Shown piece after piece: positions 48,405-57,959 of a stretch of DNA of 64,000 nt. Under the pieces are notes generated by a model that searched no databases, was not told where the DNA came from, and was given only the letters and a program-made list of their open reading frames with translations. Location: contig CAXXVD010000001.1 in the NCBI GenBank assembly GCA_963662335.2, positions 416,001-480,000 on the forward strand, given 5' to 3'. The translations under genes and the position numbers were made by a program. Each line of letters opens with the position of its first letter. Positions within the stretch are counted from its first letter, which is position 1. Source of the DNA: Chloroflexota bacterium. Lineage in GTDB: Bacteria > Chloroflexota > UBA11872 > VXOZ01.

Positions 48405-49676
48405 CTATTGCGCCGGGTGGGCAGGTGCTAAGTCGCCGTCGGCATCTAGGGTAATCAGGTCGCGGCGGTCAGCGCCGTCGCGGGCCATTGTGTAGAGTTG
48501 GGGCGGCACGCTACTCTGCGCATCTCCAGGGATATAGAAAGCAATGCGCGTGCCGTCTGGAGAGAGCACGCCATCCGCAGTCCACCATTCTGGGATCTCC
48601 TGCCGCAAGTCCGTGCCATCTGGACGAACCGTATAAATGCCGGTGGGCTTCCCTTCCTCATTGGCCATCACAAAAGCAAGTCGTCCTCCGTCCGGCGACC
48701 ATGCTGGCAATACTAGTGCGGTGTCCCCTGAGTTGTGCGGCGGCTGTAGCTCGCCCGCTATTCCCGCGATTCGCGTCATCTCCGTGCCATCCACTCTCAC
48801 GGTGTAGAGTATCTTGCGATACGGCCAAGATCGCCCTTCATCAACTAGAAACGCAATGCGTTCTCCGTCTGGAGACCATGCTGGCGGGGCAAAGGCCAGC
48901 CCTCCCAACCACGCGCTTTCGGTCTCATTGACTTCCTCGGCGCTCTTTCCTTGTATGCGCGTGGATTCTGCGTTCGTATACCACACTGTGCGGCGATCCT
49001 GAGTGTGCGCTACCTTGAGCGTAGAAGCGACCAATTGAACATCCGAACCATCTGCCGCCATCGTGTACAGTTCGGCGGCGCCAGAGCCGGAGCGACGGGT
49101 AGAAATGAAGGCGATCCGGCTGCCGTCAGGTGACCATTCCGGGTAGTGATCCGTGTACTTGCTTTCTGTGAGCCGCTGCTGAATACTGCTGTCGAGGTCT
49201 ATCAATGCTAACTCATAGTGGAAGTCTGACCGCTCAAAGACTGTTGCGCTCTCCGCGCTTCGACTAGCCGGGAACGCACAGGACGAATAGACAAGCCGTT
49301 GCCCATCTGGAGAGAGGTCAGCGTGGAATCCATACCACATCATGTATCCAGAGCCTGCGTCTACGATCTCACGAACTTGCGTACCAGCGGCATCGACTGC
49401 CAAAATGACCGTTGCCGTGGGAGAATCGGGGTCGGAGCGCGCATATACGTAGTTGAACAGGAGCAGCGAACTGTCTGGCGTCCAGATAACAAATGAATCC
49501 TTGTATCCAGGGCCGTAGGGGCTCCAGTAAGGGCCGCACACGTAACTGTCATGGCTGATTTCGATTGGACCGACAGGCGGCTCATCCTCGTAGGAGCAAC
49601 CTAAGACTCCTAGGGCAACGATTAGAGCCGCTGTCTTTAGGAAAGTAAAGTGGTCTGCTTGATTGGCGCCGATCAT
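48405..49676 (-). CDS. Lipoprotein: TolB/PD40 beta-propeller without LRRs (orphan paralogue 5)
   Basis: VLGC lipobox; WSPDG repeats; LYTVRxDG and LYTMARDG motifs shared with the array paralogues; lower GC than flanks. Confidence 0.82.
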   Translation of the reverse strand: MIGANQADHFTFLKTAALIVALGVLGCSYEDEPPVGPIEISHDSYVCGPYWSPYGPGYKDSFVIWTPDSSLLLFNYVYARSDPDSPTATVILAVDAAGTQVREIVDAGSGYMMWYGFHADLSPDGQRLVYSSCAFPASRSAESATVFERSDFHYELALIDLDSSIQQRLTESKYTDHYPEWSPDGSRIAFISTRRSGSGAAELYTMAADGSDVQLVASTLKVAHTQDRRTVWYTNAESTRIQGKSAEEVNETESAWLGGLAFAPPAWSPDGERIAFLVDEGRSWPYRKILYTVRVDGTEMTRIAGIAGELQPPHNSGDTALVLPAWSPDGGRLAFVMANEEGKPTGIYTVRPDGTDLRQEIPEWWTADGVLSPDGTRIAFYIPGDAQSSVPPQLYTMARDGADRRDLITLDADGDLAPAHPAQ

Positions 49677-49694
49677 GTCATGAACTCCAGCAGG

Positions 49695-49811
49695 TTAGTG
49701 CGACTGATAGATTGCAAAGATGGGCATGCTGTGAATGAGACTTGGCGAACAGTCATGTGCAACTACACCTGTAACGGAGGGATCGTTCTTAATCGAGTCA
49801 GCGATTGATGG
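49695..49811 (-). pseudogene. Decayed metalloprotease 3' end (PSIADSIKNDPSVTGVVAHDCSPSLIHSMPIFAIYQSH*)
   Basis: Hand translation of the minus strand; aligns with PRTVDSVLNYDKYAGLPKGEPDCAPHPLDIMAIHAIYQSVR* of the 11263 protease. Confidence 0.7.
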
Positions 49812-50106
49812 AAACCTTAGAGTCTGTGGTCTGCCGCCTTCTCAGATGATCCGCGCATCCCGACGGCATGTCCTGCTCCATGTACCTTCAAAATATACGT
49901 ACTCGCCCGAAAAATCGGGAATGCACTTTGACCACGCGCAGCGGATTGCGCGCCCCTCTCAATAGAGACGACCGTTCGCGGAAGTAGCAGAAGTCCGCAT
50001 CTTGCTCTCTTGGATGTATTGGGCGCGGGTGCCTAAGAATTTGCGCGTGGCTCGCCGGCGCCGTGCCTATCGGCGCACCCCGCTTCGACGGAATCGTATC
50101 GGTCCT

Positions 50107-50709
50107 TTAGGGCTGCGGACACGTCAGCAGGCGCTCGGCAATGCGCAGCACGATGTCCCAGTCCTGTTGCGTGGGCTTGAACTTGCCGCTGATCTGCACC
50201 GTCCAGCCCTGAAACTCGCCGGCGTGGCTCTTGATCTCCACGTCGCCGGTCTTCTTGACGAACGCCTTTACCGCCGGATCGTTGGCGAAGGCGCTGAGCA
50301 ACCGGCTGGCGTGGTCTTCGCCCTGCCACGTCACGTCCACCACCTTGCCAAAGAGCGGTATCGACTTCTTGCGCACCGTCTTGATTTTCACCAATCGTTG
50401 ATCCGAAAACGTCCGCTCGTCCGGGATGCCCAGCACGGCCCACCATTGCGGCGGGCTGTACTGCGACCCGTCATGCTTCAAGCAGTTTATCCAGCGGATC
50501 GGCCCGGACGGCAGGTCGATGATGCCCTGCGAACGATTCGACCACGTATCCTGGATCTTCTCTTCCGGCCGCCCGCGCTCGGCCATGGTGGCGGCGATGC
50601 CCAAATCGTTGAGCGCGCGGGTGATTTCATCCCGCGTCTTGTCGCGTAGGCGTTCTTTCATGCGCTCTCTCCTCCCTGGCGCCGCTAACTCTCGTCCCGC
50701 AACGAGCAT
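50107..50709 (-). CDS. Hypothetical protein (start possibly 50661)
   Basis: Co-oriented ORF with typical codon usage; no family recognised. Confidence 0.55.
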   Translation of the reverse strand: MLVAGRELAAPGRRERMKERLRDKTRDEITRALNDLGIAATMAERGRPEEKIQDTWSNRSQGIIDLPSGPIRWINCLKHDGSQYSPPQWWAVLGIPDERTFSDQRLVKIKTVRKKSIPLFGKVVDVTWQGEDHASRLLSAFANDPAVKAFVKKTGDVEIKSHAGEFQGWTVQISGKFKPTQQDWDIVLRIAERLLTCPQP

Positions 50710-51729
50710 TCACCCTCCGGTGAACGTAATGCGCGCGCCGTTGAACACGCGGCAGGTGAAGCGCACGCGCCGCTCGCCGGCGGGCGCTACCAGCGCCGCG
50801 CCGTCCGGGCCGTGGACGCGCACCGGGCCGGGATCGTCGGCAAAGGAGACGAGAAACGTCAGTTCGCCCTCCACGATCTGCGGCGGCAGATGCGGTAAGT
50901 CCAGCGCAATGGTGGCCTGTGCCTCCGATTCCTGCTCGATAGCGGTCTCGCAGTGGCGGCGCAGGTAGCGATACCGCACCACGTCGTCCGGATTCGCCGC
51001 CCACAGCGCATCGCCAAATGCCGTGCGCATCTGGTCGAAGCGCCCTTCCAGCGCATACGGCGAGATGCACTTGTGCCCCTGCGGCGTCTTGTACATGACC
51101 AGGTGGGTCACGTCCACCAGCCACTTGCCCCGCGCCCGCTCCGGCGCAAATCCCCGCCGCGAGAGCCACTCGGGCAGGTACTCGATTTCGTCATCCTCGC
51201 ACAGGCGGTTGCGCCAGATGCTGAAGGGATCGAAGTCCGGCGCGTTGATGTGCTCGGCGTCATTCGAGGCGTGGGTGAGGCCCAGGTAGCCCGGCGTGCG
51301 CTCCACCCAGGCGCGCACCGTGTCGTAAAGCTCGAAGCTGTTCCACGAGGAGAACACCGGCGCCGGCCGCCCCAGCGCGCGCTCCAGGATGTGGTACGAC
51401 TTCACGATCTCCTGGGCGAAGTCGATGCGGCTGGGGTCCCGCAGCGGCGGATGCGAATAACTGTGGTTGCTCACGCTCCAGCCTTGGGACAAGAGGAACT
51501 TCAGGTGTTCCGGCCCCATATGAAAATAGTCGTTGAGCGAACTGCGCTCCACGTGGCGCTTCTCCCCCAGTTGGCCGGCCACCACCGCCGCGTCGCCGGG
51601 AATGCCGTATTTCTGGTTGAGAGGAAAGGCGTTTGCCAGGCAATCGAGCGTGCCTTCGTCGTAGACCACCGAGTAGACGAACGCGGCGTCATCCTGCCAC
51701 GGCGCAATCTCAACGGACGTAATCCGCAT
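50710..51729 (-). CDS. Polysaccharide deacetylase (NodB/CE4)-like protein
   Basis: SVVYDEG, GWSVSNHSYSH motifs. Confidence 0.7.
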   Translation of the reverse strand: MRITSVEIAPWQDDAAFVYSVVYDEGTLDCLANAFPLNQKYGIPGDAAVVAGQLGEKRHVERSSLNDYFHMGPEHLKFLLSQGWSVSNHSYSHPPLRDPSRIDFAQEIVKSYHILERALGRPAPVFSSWNSFELYDTVRAWVERTPGYLGLTHASNDAEHINAPDFDPFSIWRNRLCEDDEIEYLPEWLSRRGFAPERARGKWLVDVTHLVMYKTPQGHKCISPYALEGRFDQMRTAFGDALWAANPDDVVRYRYLRRHCETAIEQESEAQATIALDLPHLPPQIVEGELTFLVSFADDPGPVRVHGPDGAALVAPAGERRVRFTCRVFNGARITFTGG

Positions 51730-51814
51730 GGCAACTCACTCCAAACTGGCTATCTTCTACCGGCAACCGGCCGGAGGATGCCCCTTACTTCTACAGAGTC
51801 CGGCGGCAGACTCC

Positions 51815-51888
51815 GTCATTCCCGCGAACGCGGGAATCCATCTTCTCTGCGTGCGACAAGGATGGATTCCCGCGTTCGCGGGAATGAC
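51815..51888. repeat. Palindromic repeat family A, paired copy
   Basis: GTCATTCCCGCGAACGCGGGAATCC...GGATTCCCGCGTTCGCGGGAATGAC. Confidence 0.85.
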
Positions 51889-51922
51889 GATCGGGACGCC
51901 AGCCCTCCACTCTCATTCAGAA

Positions 51923-53263
51923 TCAAGCAATCCGCGCCGAGTCGTACACGCCCGCCATGCCCGCGTCCAGCGGGTTGACCTGCACCCACACCTCCTCCGG
52001 CATGGCATCCCCTTCCAGTTCAAGGGAAATTGAGACCTGCTCAAAGCCGTGCACCGGCGCGATGCAGTGCCCGATCTGCCGCCGGATGAGGATATTCGAC
52101 TCCTCGCGCGTCGCGGCGGGATCGGCGGCGGTCTTGGGATCGCCGTTGAAGGCCACCGCCAGCAGCCGGTTCACGTCGAACGCGCCGGTGTTTTCTACGA
52201 TGATCTCCGCCAGCAGCCGTCGATCCTGGCGGCGCACCCGCGACGCCTGCGTATCGATGCGCAGTCCCGCGCAGAGTTCCTGCGGGGTGAGCGAAACCGC
52301 CCGATACGCGTCGAAGATGCCGTGTCCCAGCAGCGGGTCCCAGCCGGCGCCCTGCGCCGTATTGCGCAGTATCTGCCGTATTTCGCCATTCGAGAGATGC
52401 GGGTAGCGCGCAAAGGCCAGCGCCGCCACGCCGCCGCCAAAGGCCGACGCCATACAGCCGCCCTCGAACGGAATGTAGTCGCGGTCGCCGCCGGTGCCCC
52501 AAATCGATTCCGTTGGGTCGTCCGTATTGCGTTCGCCGCCGGGGGTGGCCGCCTCCACGTAGTCCGCCGAAGCCGCGATGTTCGCCGCCCGGCCGTGGCG
52601 GTTCGATGAGCCAACGGCAAAAACGCTGTCGATACCGGCGTTCACGGTCGCCACCCGCCGCCCGCGATTGTCGGCGGTGCCCTTGAAGACCAAGCAGCCC
52701 GACTGATAGGCGTAGTCCAAAGCCTCGAGCAGGCCGATGTTGTCGTACGGATAGCTGAAATCGGTGCCCTTGTAGAACAGCGGGACGCCGTCGGTGTGGT
52801 CCAGCGTGATGTAGCCGTGGGGCATCACCAGCACCTTGGCGCCGTGGTCCACCGCGTAGCGCACCGCGCGGGGCCAACTCTTCTGGTGGTGCGGTTCGTA
52901 GCCCACGCGCAGGACCATGATCGGGCACTGCGGCGCGGTGGCCGCGACTTCCCCTACGACGAACGCATGGTGTCCCCGCTGGTAGGTGGCATCTGAGCGC
53001 ATCCCCTCGTATTCGAGGGTAGCGTCTTCCTCGGCAAAGTCCCAGCCGTGCACGTCGCCCCGCGTAGGCCGCGGATTGACCCACAAGTGGCCCTCATGAT
53101 CGGGATGAAAACGATAGCCCAGGTCGATGACCGCCACCACCACGTCCGGGCTGCCCTGGGTGATGGCGTGGGCCTCCGGCACCCGCATCTGCTCCAGCGC
53201 CCAATCATACGGCGCGCGCACGCCCGCCGGCAGCGCGCCAACCTGCTTCTCCGCGATGGCCAT
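51923..53263 (-). CDS. Subtilisin-like (S8) peptidase homologue with Cys at the nucleophile position
   Basis: VVVAVIDLG (Asp), GWDF, GHHAFVVG (His), ADN (oxyanion Asn), FAVGS, FEGGCMASAFGGGVAAL in place of GTSMA. Confidence 0.8.
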   Translation of the reverse strand: MAIAEKQVGALPAGVRAPYDWALEQMRVPEAHAITQGSPDVVVAVIDLGYRFHPDHEGHLWVNPRPTRGDVHGWDFAEEDATLEYEGMRSDATYQRGHHAFVVGEVAATAPQCPIMVLRVGYEPHHQKSWPRAVRYAVDHGAKVLVMPHGYITLDHTDGVPLFYKGTDFSYPYDNIGLLEALDYAYQSGCLVFKGTADNRGRRVATVNAGIDSVFAVGSSNRHGRAANIAASADYVEAATPGGERNTDDPTESIWGTGGDRDYIPFEGGCMASAFGGGVAALAFARYPHLSNGEIRQILRNTAQGAGWDPLLGHGIFDAYRAVSLTPQELCAGLRIDTQASRVRRQDRRLLAEIIVENTGAFDVNRLLAVAFNGDPKTAADPAATREESNILIRRQIGHCIAPVHGFEQVSISLELEGDAMPEEVWVQVNPLDAGMAGVYDSARIA

Positions 53264-53300
53264 TTCTGTTTCCTCCTGAGAGTTTCCTTACCGCCCACTC

Positions 53301-53407
53301 TCACCGTTCGTGCTGAGCCTGTCGAAGCATGAACGGTGAGACGCGCGTTTGGAGTTGCTGCACGCTCAACCCGCCGTTCACCCTTCGACTCCGCTCAGGG
53401 CGAACGG
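53301..53407. repeat. Palindromic repeat family D
   Basis: CACCGTTCGTGCTGAGCCTGTCGAAGCATGAACGGTG and CCGTTCACCCTTCGACTCCGCTCAGGGCGAACGG. Confidence 0.75.
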
Positions 53408-53496
53408 CTAGGTTTCGCTGTGCTCAGAGTAATGAAGATCAAGTAACCGGCTGCCCTTTCCATCCCCTCACGCGGCCCACGCACGACCATGGCAAC

Positions 53497-54606
53497 TTAC
53501 ACTATCGCCACCTCTTGCGGTATCGTGCCCAGCCGCTCGAACCCGTCTGCCTTCAGCACGTACATGTCCTCCTCCAACCACGAGGACTCCAGCGAGACCA
53601 CGTTATTCTCCGCGAACGTGATCTCCGGCCGCACGTCAACGGCGGCGGGGAGCAAACTGCCGATCAGCGGCTCCTCGTGCTTGTCCATGCCGACGCCGTG
53701 AATCCACCAGGCGTATGCGTCCGTGTCCGTGAATTCGCGCTGGCACGCCGCAAAGACCTCTCGCTTGGTCTTGCCGGGGCGCACGAACTCTTCCATGAAG
53801 AGTTGCCGCTCGCGGTGCGCGCGCCAGACGGCCAGGCTCGCCGGGCGCGGCTCGCCCACGCAGAAATTGAACTTCTGGTCGGAAAAGTAGCCGCCGGATA
53901 TAGCCGCAAGGTCAACGCGGTAGACCAACCCCGCTTCCACAATGCCGGGACTGCGAATTACCGCCGCGCCGGGTTGCTCCCGCAAGCTCGTGCCGCCGCC
54001 GGGCAGCATCCACGAGACCGGCGAGGTATTGATTGGCAAGGCCCCGTTGTCCAGCACTGCCTTTGCCCACACGGTCACGAGTTCCTGGAATGAGATGCCG
54101 ATGCGCACTTCCCGCAGCATGGCGCGGTACCCGGCTTCGGAAGCGGCAATTGCCTTGCGCAGCCACGCGATTTCCCGCGGCGTCTTGCAGGCCCGCGCTT
54201 GTGCGAGCAGCAGGTCGGCGGAGACGAACGCCGCCTCCGGCAGCAACTCCCGCAGCCGCGCCAGGTCGCTCGCCGAGGCGAAGTCCATGTCCAGGCCGAC
54301 GCGCGCCCGCGCCAAGCCGCGTTTGCCCATCTGCGCCGCCAACTCAGTCAGCCGCGCCGCGCGCGTATGGTCGGGCGCAAGACCCGCCACCGGCATGTCG
54401 GCTTCTTTGGGAAGACCGCCGAATGCAAACGATTGATCTGGCGGAACGAGACACGTCATCCACGGTGCGAGACCCTGCGGCTCGTTCAGCCACGGTCCCT
54501 CGCTCACGGCCCCGGCCAGGTATGCGCAATTGCGCATACCTAAGACAACCAGCGCGTCCAGCCGCTGCTCGGCCATTGATTGCGTTATGCGCGCAAAGTC
54601 AGCCAT
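53497..54606 (-). CDS. Peptidase M24 (Xaa-Pro aminopeptidase/creatinase-like) family
   Basis: N-terminal creatinase-like domain, R..KT..EI, VD..GGYFSD, HGVGMDKHEEP, SLE, EED; start set at ATG 54606. Confidence 0.82.
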   Translation of the reverse strand: MADFARITQSMAEQRLDALVVLGMRNCAYLAGAVSEGPWLNEPQGLAPWMTCLVPPDQSFAFGGLPKEADMPVAGLAPDHTRAARLTELAAQMGKRGLARARVGLDMDFASASDLARLRELLPEAAFVSADLLLAQARACKTPREIAWLRKAIAASEAGYRAMLREVRIGISFQELVTVWAKAVLDNGALPINTSPVSWMLPGGGTSLREQPGAAVIRSPGIVEAGLVYRVDLAAISGGYFSDQKFNFCVGEPRPASLAVWRAHRERQLFMEEFVRPGKTKREVFAACQREFTDTDAYAWWIHGVGMDKHEEPLIGSLLPAAVDVRPEITFAENNVVSLESSWLEEDMYVLKADGFERLGTIPQEVAIV

Positions 54607-54712
54607 GTTCCGCCTCAGCGCTTCCGCCTGCGCCGTTTGTGCTTCGACAAGCTCAGCACGAACGGGAAACCCATGCAAGAGCCACGAACGGACTTTCCGG
54701 CTGCACCCCCAC

Positions 54713-56539
54713 CTATGAGAGCGGCTCCAGCCAGATTGGACTCGTCCACGCCCGGTTGCCGTCTACCTGCCGTACGCGCAGGTAGCAATAGTGGGCGTCC
54801 ACCGGCGAAAACCGCAGCGGCACGTCGTCATCCAGTTGCGCGTGCTGCCGGTTGGGCGTGTAGGACAAAGCCGTATCGCCGTTCACCACCAGGTCGATCT
54901 GTTCGATGTCCGCCGTCCCAACTACGTCGGCGGTAAAGCTAAAGCGGTCGGCGCGCACCGTATCGCCCACCCACGCGCCGTTCACGCGGAAGTCCACGAT
55001 GATGCGCGCGCCGGTGGTGGCGTAGCAGCGGCGGTTGCGCAGCGCGTCGAAGAGCGCCGGGCGGTCCAGCCGTTCCGCCCACACGCCGGTCAGACCGGCC
55101 GGCCCGGACGGTCCCGGCTCTTTGTAGGGATTGGCGGGCCGGTTGTCGTGGGTATCGCTGCCGCTGACGATGCCGAGTTTCGCGCCCCGCATCAGAAACT
55201 GGTTGATCTTCTCTTCCTCGGTAACGCCGTCGGTCTGCTGCTTCTGGTAGATTTCGGCCAGGTGCTCCTGCACGTAGAAGTGCGTATGGTGGTGGCCGTG
55301 GATGACCGCGCCCCGGCGCTTCATCTCCCGGTAGAACTCCTGATAGTCGCGGCAGTAGACCGTATCGGGATGGTAGCGGGCGTGGAGTTTGGGGTCGTTC
55401 GCGCCGGGGCGGTCTTCGCAGAAAACCGGCGGCTGTCCTTCAGGATTTGGAAAGAAACCGTGGCGGTGGCTGCCGTCCGGGCCGGTGGCGAACTCCGCCG
55501 ACGGCAACGCGACGAACTCGCCCGGCAGGTTGTATTGCGCCCACGCTGCCTGCAATTCATCCCAAATCTCGCTGATGCAGATGCTGTAGGAAAAGAGTTG
55601 CCCGCCGGCAAAGTCGAGCGCGTTCACGTCTTTGCCCCAGGCAAAGTGCTCCACAATCGGGCGCTGGTTGAACAACATGCCGTGCGGGTCGCCCCAGTAG
55701 AGCGTGTACGGCTCGGTATCCGCAGCGATGCGCACCGGATTGCTCACGGCCTGGATGCCCTGGTATGCCGCCGCAATACGAGCCACCGGCCCTTGCACGG
55801 CTACCGCGCCTGCCGCGCTGAACGACTGCAGCGGCGCGGTCGTCTCAGCGCTGCCGGCGCGCAAAGTCACTTCGCCTTCCGCGCCGCGCACGGGATTGCC
55901 GAATCGATCGGTGACCACGACGCGCGTATGCGCCTCCCCGCTCACATAGGAAGGCGCGGTCACTTGCATCGCGGCCGCTTCCGCTTCACGGATGGTGAGC
56001 GCGTTGCTCTCCAGCACTGAGAGCGCCGCCGCGCGCGGCAGAAAATAGTGGTACTTGTCGCGCTCCGGGTGATAGAGCGTCAGTTCGCCCGCTGGGTCTT
56101 CCACCAGCCAGAAGCGGAAAGCGTCGATGGCGTTAGTGGGCAGCACGAAACCCTCGGGGGCGGTGCGCAGTTCCACCTCGATGTGGTCGCCCGCGTGCAG
56201 CGCGCCCGCCGTGCAGGTCACGCGCACCGCGTGCAGAAACTCCGGCGCCGGCGGATGGATGTCGAACGTGCGCACCGTGCCGCCGCCCAGCAGCGCCTCG
56301 GCTTCCCACACCGTGCCCGCCGGCCCGGCCACGCGAATGCCGCCGTCGGACTCATACGCATGTTTGCGCGCGCCAAACTGCCGGATGTCGTAGAAGACCC
56401 ACAAATTGCCGCCGGTCTGGAAGCCGCCGGCCGGCGCGGTATAGCGCAGCGCCAGCGGGACGGTCTCCGCGACCCGCAGCGGCCCCTCGGCAACGACCTG
56501 AAACCGTCCGTTGGCGTTCGCAGACATGGCGTGCCGCAC
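54713..56539 (-). CDS. DUF3604/PHP-like metallohydrolase
   Basis: LYWGDPHG, LDF, GIVSGSDTH, GLTGVWA..L.R.ALFDAL.NRRCYATTGARI. Confidence 0.78.
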   Translation of the reverse strand: MRHAMSANANGRFQVVAEGPLRVAETVPLALRYTAPAGGFQTGGNLWVFYDIRQFGARKHAYESDGGIRVAGPAGTVWEAEALLGGGTVRTFDIHPPAPEFLHAVRVTCTAGALHAGDHIEVELRTAPEGFVLPTNAIDAFRFWLVEDPAGELTLYHPERDKYHYFLPRAAALSVLESNALTIREAEAAAMQVTAPSYVSGEAHTRVVVTDRFGNPVRGAEGEVTLRAGSAETTAPLQSFSAAGAVAVQGPVARIAAAYQGIQAVSNPVRIAADTEPYTLYWGDPHGMLFNQRPIVEHFAWGKDVNALDFAGGQLFSYSICISEIWDELQAAWAQYNLPGEFVALPSAEFATGPDGSHRHGFFPNPEGQPPVFCEDRPGANDPKLHARYHPDTVYCRDYQEFYREMKRRGAVIHGHHHTHFYVQEHLAEIYQKQQTDGVTEEEKINQFLMRGAKLGIVSGSDTHDNRPANPYKEPGPSGPAGLTGVWAERLDRPALFDALRNRRCYATTGARIIVDFRVNGAWVGDTVRADRFSFTADVVGTADIEQIDLVVNGDTALSYTPNRQHAQLDDDVPLRFSPVDAHYCYLRVRQVDGNRAWTSPIWLEPLS

Positions 56540-56643
56540 CCTTTCGTCTTACCGCTTGCATTGCCGCTTCGTTGACACTCCAACCCTGCGGTATCGTATC
56601 ACAGCATACGGCAAGGCGTTCCGGCTCGCTGCCCGTGTTCGGA

Positions 56644-57948
56644 CTATGCCAGGACCTCGTTGACCAACGTGAGGCCGGCGGCCAGCCGCTGCGGCCAGTC
56701 GGGGGCAAGGTGGCGGATGGGGTTGGTGCACACCCGGAAGATGCACACCGCCTCCCGCAGATCCAGCGCGCGCTCATCCCAGCCAAAGCGCTCCAACGCC
56801 GCGGCGCGAAACTCCTGGTAGCAGACGCCGCTCGCCCGCGCCTCGGTTTCGCCCCCAAAGCGAGCTGACCAATGCGCGTGGGCGAGAAAGTTGCCCACGT
56901 CCAGCATGGGGTCGCCCGGCCCGGCCTCTTCGAAGTCCACCAGCGCGAATCTGCCGTCGGGCGTGCGCACCATCTGGTCGTCGTAGAAGTCGTTGTGCGC
57001 GATGGTTGTGGGTTCCCAGGCCCTGGCAAAGCCGTCCAGCGCGGTGGTTGCGTCCTTCAGCGCCCGGCGGACGTCGTCGTGGCCCTCGCGTACCTGCCGG
57101 AAGATGCGCCGGGCGCGGCGGTACGCGCCATAAAGATCAAACTGATGCGTTTCGCCGGCGGGCATGGGCGTTTCCCAAAGCTGGGACAGGTTCTCCAGGA
57201 TTTGGCCGAGGTCCGGCCGCTCCCCGCCGCGGACAAGCCGGCGCACGTTCTGCCCCGGAATCTCGGAGAGCCATACGACGCCGCCTGCCGGCCAGCGTCC
57301 GGCCAGCCGGGGCAGCACGAAGCCGGTCTGCCCAACAAGCTCTGCCGCCGCCAGCAGCCGGGGCACCCGGCGGGGCCGCATTACCCGCGCGTAGAACCGC
57401 ACCCGCCCGTGCCGGTGACGGAGCACGGCGTGCCCGCCCGGCCGGTAGCGCGCCACGCTCACGCGCACGCGCTGCCCGCCGGCCGCGAGCACGTGCCGGC
57501 TGAGCAAATCGGCAGCGGTTTCCGCGGAAGCGGCGCGCGACAGCCCGGGCAAGTGCGGGTCGTCCGGGTAGCGGTAGAGCCTGACCGGCCGGTCGTGCGC
57601 CAGTTCGATTGCGAACTGCTCTTGCGTGACGAAATCATCCCACGGCCACTCGGCGTAGTAGGACGCGAGCGCCCGGCGGCCGGGATTGTAGCTGAGTTGA
57701 CGGAGGCGCAGGCTGGCGGGAGCCTCCGCCGGCGCGCCCAGCCGGGAGCGGTAGTGGCGCCAGACCCACTCACCGTTGAAAAGCTGGGAAAACTCCGGTA
57801 GGCCCCGGTCCGCCGGCAATGCCGCCGCCGTAATGAGAGAGGGCGCGGCCGGCGCACCAGGGCCGTGTGCAAGCGCTTCCGCCACGCTATCGCCGCTCGC
57901 GAGCGCGGCCGCTTCGCTTTCGCCGCTTGTGAACGCGTCCACCGCCAA
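56644..57948 (-). CDS. Aminoglycoside-phosphotransferase-like kinase
   Basis: HNDFYDDQ (Brenner motif), LVDFE, DVGNFLAH; N-terminal D..LP repeats. Confidence 0.75.
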   Translation of the reverse strand: MAVDAFTSGESEAAALASGDSVAEALAHGPGAPAAPSLITAAALPADRGLPEFSQLFNGEWVWRHYRSRLGAPAEAPASLRLRQLSYNPGRRALASYYAEWPWDDFVTQEQFAIELAHDRPVRLYRYPDDPHLPGLSRAASAETAADLLSRHVLAAGGQRVRVSVARYRPGGHAVLRHRHGRVRFYARVMRPRRVPRLLAAAELVGQTGFVLPRLAGRWPAGGVVWLSEIPGQNVRRLVRGGERPDLGQILENLSQLWETPMPAGETHQFDLYGAYRRARRIFRQVREGHDDVRRALKDATTALDGFARAWEPTTIAHNDFYDDQMVRTPDGRFALVDFEEAGPGDPMLDVGNFLAHAHWSARFGGETEARASGVCYQEFRAAALERFGWDERALDLREAVCIFRVCTNPIRHLAPDWPQRLAAGLTLVNEVLA

Positions 57949-57959
57949 ACGCTCCGCCC

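Noticed and set aside
54607-54678. N-terminal extension of the M24 peptidase
   Set aside because: It translates a family D palindromic repeat (VRAELVEA); ATG 54606 is the more plausible start.
56644-57948. Aminoglycoside resistance gene
   Set aside because: Only the generic kinase fold motifs are present; the long N-terminal extension and context do not resemble characterised APH resistance enzymes.
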